12,723 bases of DNA from Chlamydiota bacterium (GTDB taxonomy: Bacteria; Chlamydiota; Chlamydiia; Chlamydiales; SM23-39): contig JASFVE010000056.1 of the NCBI GenBank assembly GCA_050049995.1, forward strand, positions 1 to 12,723, in the 5' to 3' direction. The position numbers and the translations under genes were made by a program. Shown in pieces: positions 1 through 7,815 of this stretch. Below the pieces are notes generated by a model. The model was not told where the DNA came from, ran no database searches, and saw only the letters and a program-made list of their open reading frames with translations. Position 1 is the stretch's first letter. Each line of letters opens with the position of its first letter.

Positions 1-312
1 TTAAAAGTATTTCCTCATATTGCTTTTTCCAATCCAAATGAGCTAGAGCCTGCTTGGGAACAGTATTTTCACAATAAATGCAAATCTAAAAAAAAGCATC
101 TGGTTGGATTGACCTATCAAAAATCAAAAGCTCTCAACATTCCTATTAATATAGTATCTACTGCCAACAATAAAAATATGAACCTTCACTCAAAGTACGA
201 TTTACTCGACCTTTTTGAAAAAGGATTTAAAATTGATTTAGAGCCGATTGCAAACTTACAAAATGATGCTGTTCATATTGAGCATGAGCCAATATTTATC
301 AGGAGAGAATAA
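1..312 (+). CDS. 3' end of a hypothetical protein (5'-truncated by the window edge)
   Basis: Frame +1 is open from base 1 (LKVFPHIAFSNPNELEPAWEQYFHNKCKSKKKHLVG-LTYQK...IRRE*) to TAA 310-312, so the listed TTG start at 109 is probably internal. No motif recognised. Confidence 0.6.
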   Translation, partial: LKVFPHIAFSNPNELEPAWEQYFHNKCKSKKKHLVGLTYQKSKALNIPINIVSTANNKNMNLHSKYDLLDLFEKGFKIDLEPIANLQNDAVHIEHEPIFIRRE

Positions 313-315
313 ATC

Positions 316-2895
316 TTAACTTATAATTGAGGGAAGGTAAGGCGATATCATGGCCTTTCTAGAGTTGATACTTCCAGCGTTATAATAAAGAACTGCCATC
401 GGAAGGCTTTCATCTTTTTGGTCATAAGGTATTTTCAAAAAGCTTTCCTCAAAAATCCCTGTTAACTCTTCTGCATTATCCCCTAGGAACTCCGCTAAAA
501 GATCATTGTTTTGCATTTGAGGTGACTCTTGTAAAGAATTTAAGAATCTTTTCAAATGCTCAATAGCAAGGCCAGTAGGTGGGATCCAAATCCAAAGTTG
601 ATCCTTATGAGAGTACTGCCCTACTTGATCCTTATATACCTCATCTGCACTAACTATTGTACTAATCATATGTAAATGAAGATCAACTTCAGGTTTCTTT
701 TTATAAATCGCCTGAGCCTCTTCTATCCATTGTTTTCTAAGTGCATTTTCATGCTCTTGAAATATTGGTAAGTTATTAGCAAACATCTTTGTTTGCCCGA
801 CTCGACAGCAACCATTTTGCTCTTTTGTATCTTTAAATAAGTTATGAGGTTGAGAAGATGCGCAGAGTTGTATATTTTTTTCTACTTCTTCTTCTCTGAA
901 CTGATATACTTTTTTATAAAGAGAATACATATCTTCATTTTGCAATATCCTTTTAGCACTCTTCTTAGCAAAATCTTTATCTTTAGGAATGTCACTTAAA
1001 TTAATGATCTCAGTTTCTTTTTTCATCAGTAAAGATTTCATTCTATTCAAAAGAGAAGCTACACACTCTACATCTTTACTAGAAACTTTCATAAGGAGGT
1101 CTGTGTCATCTAAAATTCCATAAAGGAAGTGCAAATATTCAATCATCTCTCTTTCAGGATGAATAAAATAAGGAGTATTCAGCTTAATAATACTTTTTTT
1201 CTGCAGCAGCCTCTGCATAACTGTTAAAGGTAGCTCCTCATTTTGTAATTCCTTATCAATAGCACTCTCTTCCATATTGGAGGTACTATAACGATCATTA
1301 ATGATAAAAGACTGCTCGGCGACTAGTGCATTACTAGATTGAGCATCGCTAATGATTGTCATAGAAGGAGACAAAGTATTTAAAGAAGCTTTGTGATGGT
1401 CAATAACACTGATTACCTCGAAATAGGAAGGGATAGACATTTCTTGTAAATTACAAAAATCTCTTAAAGAAACAGTCCCTAAAATAGGCTTTCTAAGATC
1501 TGTTGCCTTAACTACACCCACAGGGAAAAATTTACCTTGATCTGGATAAGTGATAGTAAGGTGGTGATAAGAACCTATTTTACTTCTTAGTTCTTCTACA
1601 TCAGCTCTAACTGTAGCAAATTTAGGAGAGTACCCTAAAACTTGTGTTTTAATTTGAAAGGCAACTTCTAGCTTTTCAAGATACGTTCTTACCTTTAGCA
1701 GAGTTTTATGCAGTTCTTTGATAATTTTTTCTATATAATGAAAAATCTTAGGCCTGTTTTCCTGCAAGTATCCTTTTTCATCAAATAAATTTGCCTCAGC
1801 AATCGAATCCATGATTTTTCGAATATCTGCAAATCGAACAACAGACAACTTCGTTAAAGCTTTTCCTAACTCTTCAAATGTTGTTTCTAGTCCTTTTTCT
1901 AATCCAAATACTTTAACAAAAAAATTAGCTAGACTTTCTTTTTGATTTTCAGAAAGTTCATATGCTGACTCAGCATCTTTAATTTTTTGATTAAAGACAT
2001 CGTTAATAAATTTAGATATGTCCTCAAACTTAACTTTCTCTTGAGCAAAAATAGAAATGAGATTGACATGTAGCAGGTTTTCAAACCATCGAAGGGAATT
2101 ATTCAGCAAGAGCACAATCTGCCGAACCCCTTCTACATCCATGCTTCTAAAATCCCCTAAGTAAAATCCTTCCTCATCAACAAGGACAACTGATTTTTCC
2201 TGCCTTTCTTGAGGAAGAGTACTAATAGAATCTTTTAAGGTTTTCTGAACTAACCCTTCCTGCTTCATAAGATCGTTTCCAGTCAAGGTGAGAGTCGTTC
2301 TTTTCTTTACTAAATGAGAAAATATCTCCTCCCCAAAAACTTCTTTGAAAATAAGATTGATCTCAATTTGAGACTCCGGAGGTCCACCAGGTAAGTTCCA
2401 CATATGAAGGCCATCGCCTACTCTAGCTGCGAAAGAATCCATCCACCCCCAAAAAGAGGCAATAGTGGTATCTAAATCGGGTGATTTATGAGCAGTAACG
2501 AAGTGCGTTCCTGGATAAATTTTTCCCATTCCAATAGGAAAAAAAACTTGATATTCTTCTCTTGGGACCCATTTTCCTGCAATTTTCCCTCTAACTTTAA
2601 GATTATCTTCAAAGGGAAGATTTGAATATTGATTTAACCAAAGTTCAAAACTAGTAAAGCGGTAGTGTTGTAAAATATCTTCTCTATCCACCCTTTCTAT
2701 AAAATCAAGGACTTGGGGTAGAAGAAAACAAGGCTCTTGTTTTTTTTGGATGAGTTGTAAAAGAGAAGAGTTGACGAAGTCGCTTCTTTTTCTATCGGGT
2801 AAATTTTTAAAATCTTCTGTATAGAATTCTTCGAAGACATTATCAATGTCTTCAAATAATTTTTTTTTGAAATTGTAATCTCCTAAAAGAGACAT
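316..2895 (-). CDS. DHH-superfamily protein resembling CBS-domain family II (Mn-dependent) inorganic pyrophosphatase, with N-terminal extension and large insertions
   Basis: Motifs occur in family II PPase order: FVTAHKSPDLDTTIAS (cf. GHxNPDxDSIxSA), CBS-like VVLVDEEGFYLG and VGVVKATDL, SLRDFCN (cf. LVDHNE), VISVIDHHK (DHH), GILDDT (cf. AILSDT), KDTKE...VGQ (cf. DxKEF...IGQ), and C-terminal SRKAMISPYL (cf. SRKKQVVP). Confidence 0.75.
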   Translation of the reverse strand: MSLLGDYNFKKKLFEDIDNVFEEFYTEDFKNLPDRKRSDFVNSSLLQLIQKKQEPCFLLPQVLDFIERVDREDILQHYRFTSFELWLNQYSNLPFEDNLKVRGKIAGKWVPREEYQVFFPIGMGKIYPGTHFVTAHKSPDLDTTIASFWGWMDSFAARVGDGLHMWNLPGGPPESQIEINLIFKEVFGEEIFSHLVKKRTTLTLTGNDLMKQEGLVQKTLKDSISTLPQERQEKSVVLVDEEGFYLGDFRSMDVEGVRQIVLLLNNSLRWFENLLHVNLISIFAQEKVKFEDISKFINDVFNQKIKDAESAYELSENQKESLANFFVKVFGLEKGLETTFEELGKALTKLSVVRFADIRKIMDSIAEANLFDEKGYLQENRPKIFHYIEKIIKELHKTLLKVRTYLEKLEVAFQIKTQVLGYSPKFATVRADVEELRSKIGSYHHLTITYPDQGKFFPVGVVKATDLRKPILGTVSLRDFCNLQEMSIPSYFEVISVIDHHKASLNTLSPSMTIISDAQSSNALVAEQSFIINDRYSTSNMEESAIDKELQNEELPLTVMQRLLQKKSIIKLNTPYFIHPEREMIEYLHFLYGILDDTDLLMKVSSKDVECVASLLNRMKSLLMKKETEIINLSDIPKDKDFAKKSAKRILQNEDMYSLYKKVYQFREEEVEKNIQLCASSQPHNLFKDTKEQNGCCRVGQTKMFANNLPIFQEHENALRKQWIEEAQAIYKKKPEVDLHLHMISTIVSADEVYKDQVGQYSHKDQLWIWIPPTGLAIEHLKRFLNSLQESPQMQNNDLLAEFLGDNAEELTGIFEESFLKIPYDQKDESLPMAVLYYNAGSINSRKAMISPYLPSIIS

Positions 2896-2935
2896 ATCAA
2901 TACAAGTTTAATTATATAGTGCAATAACTCAAAAA

Positions 2936-3009
2936 CGGACTGAGGAGGACTCGAACCTCCAACCCTCCGCTTAGAAGGCGGATGCTCTATCCGATTGAGC
3001 TATCAGTCC
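2936..3009 (-). tRNA. tRNA-Arg (anticodon TCT), 74 nt, CCA not encoded
   Basis: The reverse complement GGACTGA-TA-GCTC-AATCGGATA-GAGC-A-TCCGC-CTTCTAA-GCGGA-GGGTT-GGAGG-TTCGAGT-CCTCC-TCAGTCC-G folds into a full cloverleaf with perfect stems and a TTCGA T-loop. Confidence 0.97.
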
Positions 3010-3022
3010 AAAAGTGAAATAC

Positions 3023-3052
3023 AGTTTAATCAAATTTTAAAGCTAATTTCAA
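3023..3052 (-). promoter_or_regulatory. Candidate sigma70/sigma66-type promoter for tRNA-Arg (possibly also the downstream DHH gene)
   Basis: Minus strand reads TTGAAA-N18-TAAACT, ending 13 nt upstream of the tRNA 5' end. AT-rich background makes chance matches possible. Confidence 0.4.
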
Positions 3053-3121
3053 GTTCATTTTAACTGGATACTCCGATAAAATGCCAACTATTTAACAAAC
3101 AATTGTAAAACAGAGGTTCTA

Positions 3122-3820
3122 GTGCCCATAAAAGTAGGAATTATAGGCCATACAGGCAAAGTTGGCACAGCTTTGCAAGCTGCATTAAAAAATGACCTGC
3201 AATGCTCTTATGTAAAAGGAGTCGACTCCAAATCTAGTCTCGAAGATTATCATGCACTTTTTGACAGCTCCTCAGTAGTGATAGATTTTTCCTTGCCTTC
3301 CAAACTAGACTGGAAACTGAAAGTAGCAACTGACTTGCAAAAACCTTTAGTCATGGGGACTACCGGCTTTTCAGAAAACCAAAAAAAACTAATTGTTGAG
3401 GCCTCTTCCAAAGTACCTATTTTTTATAGCAGTAATTTTTCTTTAGGAATGTTTTTTTTCCAAAAAATGCTGAAGACAATAGAAGAGGTTGACTGGTTTG
3501 ATGCGATAGATTTGGTAGAGTGGCATAAAGCAGCTAAAAAAGACTCTCCCAGCGGGACTGCATTGCAGATTTTGCAGGAAGTCAATAAATACACAAACAA
3601 AAAAACACATATATCTTCCATAAGATCGGGAGAGGTGTTTTGTGAGCACACTTTGTTTTTTAGCTCGGATAAAGAGAGGGTCACACTAAAACATGAAGCC
3701 TATGATAGAGCAGTCTATGCAAAGGGTGCAATAGCCGCTGCTAAATTTTTAATTGGGAAACCTGAAGGAATGTACAGTATGGAAGATCTATTAACTACAC
3801 AAGAAAAATGCACGAAGTAG
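3122..3820 (+). CDS. dapB: 4-hydroxy-tetrahydrodipicolinate reductase
   Basis: Rossmann KVGIIGHTGKVG, VIDFS, VMGTTG, SSNFSLG, E-W-H-K-x-x-K-K-D-S-P-S-G-T-A, HEAYDRAVYAKGA. GTG start with GAGG upstream. Confidence 0.92.
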   Translation: MPIKVGIIGHTGKVGTALQAALKNDLQCSYVKGVDSKSSLEDYHALFDSSSVVIDFSLPSKLDWKLKVATDLQKPLVMGTTGFSENQKKLIVEASSKVPIFYSSNFSLGMFFFQKMLKTIEEVDWFDAIDLVEWHKAAKKDSPSGTALQILQEVNKYTNKKTHISSIRSGEVFCEHTLFFSSDKERVTLKHEAYDRAVYAKGAIAAAKFLIGKPEGMYSMEDLLTTQEKCTK

Positions 3821-4317
3821 ATGTTTTTTTAGGGTTGGGAAGCAATGTTGGCTCTAAAATCAAAACAGTGCAAGAAGCCATCTTGCAGCTAAGCACTTTA
3901 GACAATACACGATTTATAAAAGCTTCTTATCTTTACCAAACTTCTCCTGTAAGTGATATTGTGCAAGAAGATTTTATCAATGCTGCCGTTCATCTGAAAA
4001 CAAAACTTTCTCTAGAAGAATTATTTGCTACAACAGAGAAAATTGAAAAAAGGCTAGGGAAAATAGTAAAGAAAAAAAATGAGCCTCGGCCCATTGATAT
4101 TGACATCTTATTTTTTGGAAGCAAGCAATATCGCTTACCTAATCTAACTGTCCCCCATTGCATGTGGAATAAACGGCTCTTTGTTTTAACTCCCCTTACC
4201 GATATCGCGCAAGAAATCACTCTGCAGGAAAAAGGAAAAGTCATAAAATATAACATTACTCATTTACTAGAAAATTTTATCAACGTCAATAATGAAAGCA
4301 TTAAGAGGGTCTTATGA
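3808..4317 (+). CDS. folK: 2-amino-4-hydroxy-6-hydroxymethyldihydropteridine diphosphokinase (HPPK)
   Basis: FLGLGSNVG, SYLYQTSP, DFINAAV, IEKRLG, PRPIDIDILFF, LTVPH...RLFVLTPL. Overlaps the dapB stop by 13 nt. Confidence 0.93.
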   Translation: MHEVDVFLGLGSNVGSKIKTVQEAILQLSTLDNTRFIKASYLYQTSPVSDIVQEDFINAAVHLKTKLSLEELFATTEKIEKRLGKIVKKKNEPRPIDIDILFFGSKQYRLPNLTVPHCMWNKRLFVLTPLTDIAQEITLQEKGKVIKYNITHLLENFINVNNESIKRVL

Positions 4318-5144
4318 GAGAAATTAAAATCAAAAACTTTACTATTGGAAAAGATCACCCTTTAGTGTTGATTTTAGGACCTTGTGTTATAGAAAGTGAA
4401 AGTCACACATTGCGATGCGCTGAACAGTTAAAAGAAATAACGGAAGCCTACCCTTTTCCTCTAATTTTCAAAGCAAGTTATGATAAGGCGAACCGTTCTT
4501 CTATTCACTCTTACAGAGGCCCTGGAATAGAAAAAGGATTACAAATTTTACAAAAAGTACAAAAAGAACTAGATCTTCCTGTGATCTCTGACGTCCACTC
4601 TCCGGAAGAAGCCAGCTTTGCCGGTTCAGTTTTAGATATGATTCAGATTCCTGCTTTTTTATGTAGGCAAACAGATCTTTTAGTTGCTGCTGGAAAAACT
4701 AAAGCTGCTGTTAATATAAAAAAAGGACAGTTTATGGCTCCTTGGGATATGAAATCTGTTGTCGAAAAAATCACATCACAAGGAAAAGAGGATATTTTAC
4801 TGACGGATAGAGGAACAACTTTTGGCTACAACAATTTAGTTAGTGATTTTCGATCACTTATTATCATGCAAAATTTACAGTATCCAGTTTGCTATGATGC
4901 TTCTCACTCAGTGCAGTTACCTGGAGGGCTTGGAAGTTCTTCAGGAGGACAACGAGAGTTCATCCCGCCACTTGCCAAAGCCGCCGTAGCTATAGGAACA
5001 AATGCCCTATTTATGGAATGCCATCCTAACCCGTCAGAGGCAAAAAGTGATAAAATGAGCGTTTTGGACTTTGCTACATTAAAGCATCTATTACCTACTT
5101 TGCATCAATTGCAAAATGCTATACAAGAAAGTAGTCATGCTTAA
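4314..5144 (+). CDS. kdsA: 3-deoxy-8-phosphooctulonate (KDO8P) synthase
   Basis: GPCVIES, FKASYDKANRSS, QIPAFLCRQTDLL, NIKKGQF, RGTTFGYNNLV, DASHSVQLPGG, ECHPNP..AKSD. ATGA overlap with the folK stop. Confidence 0.97.
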   Translation: MREIKIKNFTIGKDHPLVLILGPCVIESESHTLRCAEQLKEITEAYPFPLIFKASYDKANRSSIHSYRGPGIEKGLQILQKVQKELDLPVISDVHSPEEASFAGSVLDMIQIPAFLCRQTDLLVAAGKTKAAVNIKKGQFMAPWDMKSVVEKITSQGKEDILLTDRGTTFGYNNLVSDFRSLIIMQNLQYPVCYDASHSVQLPGGLGSSSGGQREFIPPLAKAAVAIGTNALFMECHPNPSEAKSDKMSVLDFATLKHLLPTLHQLQNAIQESSHA

Positions 5145-5721
5145 AGGTATTTATTTAGCTAGTTTTTGCTGTAGTTTTTTTTGTATTTTTATCAGTTTTT
5201 TTGTGACAGAGGCAGATATGAATTGTTACAAGCATTATGTTATAGAAAAAATGGACGCACAAAAAAAAGAATACATTTTTCAGCAGCAAAGAAAAAAAAT
5301 CTGTAAAGATATCTGGTATACAGAAAAGGATAAATCAGGACACTGCAATATTCAAAGTGATGCCTCCACATTTTCCTTTAATCTATCTTCTCATAAAGCC
5401 GAAGAAAAGCTACATAATACCCGCTGCTTTTATCAAGAGGTCGAAGATAGGAAAACAACCACTAGATACTTCACTTCTAACGAAGGAGTATATTGTTTTC
5501 CCCCTCATCAATTTATTTCTAATGAAGTTACTATTTCCTTTTTAGAAAACAATCCTTCCAACTTTTTATCGAAAGATATGGATCTTACTTCCTTTTTACA
5601 AGCTAAGGCAAAGCGGGTCATTTTTCAATTTAGCCCTCAAAGTGCAGAGTTTAAAGCAGAACATCTAAAAGCTATAGTCCCCTCTAACATAAAAGAAAAA
5701 ATTAAAGATGCTAAAAGTTAA
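5137..5721 (+). CDS. Hypothetical membrane-anchored protein between kdsA and lptB; candidate divergent LptC/LptA-type LPS transport protein
   Basis: ATG 5137 overlaps the kdsA stop (alternative ATG 5116). One N-terminal hydrophobic segment (IYLASFCCSFFCIFISFFV) is followed by a beta-strand-like polar domain. The function call rests on gene position only. Confidence 0.55.
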   Translation: MLKGIYLASFCCSFFCIFISFFVTEADMNCYKHYVIEKMDAQKKEYIFQQQRKKICKDIWYTEKDKSGHCNIQSDASTFSFNLSSHKAEEKLHNTRCFYQEVEDRKTTTRYFTSNEGVYCFPPHQFISNEVTISFLENNPSNFLSKDMDLTSFLQAKAKRVIFQFSPQSAEFKAEHLKAIVPSNIKEKIKDAKS

Positions 5722-6430
5722 GAATTTAGTTAAGCGATACTCTAAAAAACCTGTGTTAAATGGGCTTAGTTTCCATGTAAAAAAAGCAGAGATTGTCGGT
5801 CTTTTAGGATCTAATGGCGCTGGGAAAACCACAGCATTCTATATTTCCACAGGACTTATTTCACCAGATGAAGGGTCTGTTTTTTTTCATGATATGGATG
5901 TCACTAAATTAGCTATGCATCAAAGGGCTAAAATGGGATTAGGTTATTTAGCTCAAGAGCCCTCCGTTTTTAGAGACTTAAGTGTTGAAGACAATATTTT
6001 ATGTATTTTAGAAATCCTTCCTCTATCTAAAAAGATGCGAAAAGAGAAACTAGAAACCCTTTTACAAGAACTAAATCTAACATCTTTAAGGAAGAAAAAG
6101 GCTCTTACCTTATCGGGAGGAGAAAGAAGAAGGCTAGAAATTACCAGAGCGCTCGTAACGGAACCCACTCTCTTGTTATTAGATGAGCCCTTTGCCAATA
6201 TCGATCCTATCGCAATTCAAGACTTAAAAAACCTTATCCGACACTTAAAAAAAAGAGGGATAAGTGTTCTCATCACAGACCATAATGCCAGAGAGATTTT
6301 TTCTATCGTAGACAGGAGCTATCTCCTTCAAGAAGGAAAAGTTCTTTTAGAAGGCTCTCTAGATGATTTTTTGAATAATGATTTAGCAAAAAAACATTAC
6401 CTTGGAAGTGACTTTTCACCCTCCAAATAA
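5708..6430 (+). CDS. lptB: LPS export ABC transporter ATP-binding protein
   Basis: Walker A GLLGSNGAGKTT, GLGYLAQEPSVF, LSGGERRRLEITRAL, LLLDEPFANIDP, GISVLITDHN, C-terminal HYLG.F typical of LptB. Confidence 0.95.
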   Translation: MLKVKNLVKRYSKKPVLNGLSFHVKKAEIVGLLGSNGAGKTTAFYISTGLISPDEGSVFFHDMDVTKLAMHQRAKMGLGYLAQEPSVFRDLSVEDNILCILEILPLSKKMRKEKLETLLQELNLTSLRKKKALTLSGGERRRLEITRALVTEPTLLLLDEPFANIDPIAIQDLKNLIRHLKKRGISVLITDHNAREIFSIVDRSYLLQEGKVLLEGSLDDFLNNDLAKKHYLGSDFSPSK

Positions 6431-6505
6431 ACTCAATTTATTCCTTGAATGTAAATTTATTTTTAACATAGTGTTTACGTATTTTTAATAAAATAGGAAA
6501 AAATT

Positions 6506-7702
6506 ATGAGGTCTACAGTTTTTTTTCTTTTTCTAAACCTTACCCTTTTTGCACAAGTAGTTGACACACTATACGTTACTAAAATATTAGATAGTGAGGT
6601 TGCTGTTGTAGATATTACTACTAATTCCATTATTACTAATGTTGGAGCAGGAGACAACCTTCAAAAAGGTGACATTTCTCCCGATGCTACTAAGGTTTAT
6701 GCTCCGAGCGCTGATAACAATGTAGTTAGTGTTATTGATACTAGCAATAATACTGTTATTGCTACTATATCAGTAGGGAACACCCCCGTTATGGCAACTG
6801 CTTCTCCTGATGGAACTAAGGTTTACGTGGTTTGCTCAGGTAGCAACATTGTCAACGTCATTGAGACTTCTTCTAATAATATTATTGCTACCATTACGGT
6901 AGGAGATAACCCAAGAGCTACAGCCTTTTCCCCTGATGGAACCAAAGCCTATGTTACCAATGCTACTCCTAACTCCGTTAGTGTTATTGAGACTTCTTCT
7001 AATAATATTATTGCTACCATTGCGGTAGGAAATAGTCCACAAGGAGTAGCTGTTTCTCCTGATGGCACTAAAATTTATGTATGTAATAGAAATGACGATA
7101 GCATTAGTGTCATTAGCACAGCTTCAAATACTGTTACTACCACAATTGCAGCAGTTGGAGATTTTACTTCTGATGTAGTTTTCTTACCGAACGGAACTAA
7201 AGCCTATGTTGCTAATTCAAGTGATACCTTTGTCACTGTCATTGATGCTACGACTGATACTATTTTAGGAACAATAGATGTCGGAGCAAATAGTGCTGAT
7301 GTAGAGCCTACCTCAGATGGTACTCGTGTTTACGTTGGTCGCCTAGGTAGTAATGTGATAGTTATTGACACAATAACTGACACGGTAATTGACACAATAA
7401 TCATAACTAATAGTCGGTATGTAACCCTTGCCCCAGTCTCTCCCGGCATACGGGCAACCGTCATTAATAATGAATTCTTAACACAAACAGATATTGTTAA
7501 CTCTCTTACTTGGACAAGACCTTTACGTGGAGAATCTTTCAACATTTACAGAGGCAGTCTTAGTAATCTTGCAGGTTCCACAACAGGCACTATTTTTGAA
7601 GATCATCAAAGAACTCCTGGAGCTGCTTATTCTTATTTCATTACCCAAATCAACTCTTTTGGTTTTGAAAGCTTATTTGGCATTACGACTGTTCAAGACT
7701 AA
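6506..7702 (+). CDS. Secreted YVTN/YncE-type 7-bladed beta-propeller protein with C-terminal FN3-like domain (paralog 1)
   Basis: Short signal peptide MRSTVFFLFLNLTLFA-Q; seven ~42-aa repeats of the type SPDGTKxYVxN...VSVIDTxxNxVIATIxVG; C-terminal TQTDIVNSLTW...FNIYR...FEDH...YSYFIT. AGGA RBS upstream. Confidence 0.9.
   Translation: MRSTVFFLFLNLTLFAQVVDTLYVTKILDSEVAVVDITTNSIITNVGAGDNLQKGDISPDATKVYAPSADNNVVSVIDTSNNTVIATISVGNTPVMATASPDGTKVYVVCSGSNIVNVIETSSNNIIATITVGDNPRATAFSPDGTKAYVTNATPNSVSVIETSSNNIIATIAVGNSPQGVAVSPDGTKIYVCNRNDDSISVISTASNTVTTTIAAVGDFTSDVVFLPNGTKAYVANSSDTFVTVIDATTDTILGTIDVGANSADVEPTSDGTRVYVGRLGSNVIVIDTITDTVIDTIIITNSRYVTLAPVSPGIRATVINNEFLTQTDIVNSLTWTRPLRGESFNIYRGSLSNLAGSTTGTIFEDHQRTPGAAYSYFITQINSFGFESLFGITTVQD
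6860..7030 (+). repeat. Near-exact intragenic direct repeat, period 126 nt (one propeller blade)
   Basis: ATTGAGACTTCTTCTAATAATATTATTGCTACCATT is identical at 6860-6895 and 6986-7021, then one A/G mismatch, then CGGTAGGA in both copies. Confidence 0.9.
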
Positions 7703-7712
7703 CCTTTTTACT

Positions 7713-7743
7713 AACAGGCATTGAGAATCAATGCCTGTTTTTT
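7713..7743 (+). terminator. Intrinsic terminator after paralog 1
   Basis: Perfect 12-bp stem AACAGGCATTGA / TCAATGCCTGTT with GAA loop, running into a T tract, 10 nt after the stop codon. Confidence 0.85.
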
Positions 7744-7788
7744 AATTTTTACTTCACTAATAAATATTTTTTTAATGTAATGCTTGCA
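7743..7788 (+). repeat. Conserved 46-bp intergenic box, copy 1 (probably promoter/operator of paralog 2)
   Basis: TAATTTTTACTTCACTAATAAATATTTTTTTAATGTAATGCTTGCA; 45/46 identical to 9071-9116. Confidence 0.85.
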
Positions 7789-7815
7789 AAATTTTTACAA
7801 TTGCGAGGCATAACC

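Noticed and set aside
2936..3009. tRNA-Arg as the attachment site of an integrated element
   Set aside because: No duplicated tRNA 3' end and no integrase in the window; flanking genes look chromosomal.
3424..6198. Short alternative ORFs 3424-3684, 3443-3649, 3990-4256, 5357-5545 and 5953-6198
   Set aside because: All are nested in or antisense to longer, better-supported genes and have no motifs; shadow ORFs.
6860..7030. CRISPR-like 36-nt direct repeat
   Set aside because: Only two copies, in frame within a coding repeat with a 126-nt period; no cas genes.
7706..7745. Hairpin with TAAC...GTT ends as an integron attC site, making the array gene cassettes
   Set aside because: Too short, lacks proper RYYYAAC/GTTRRRY ends and extrahelical bases, is followed by a T tract like an ordinary terminator, and no integrase is present.
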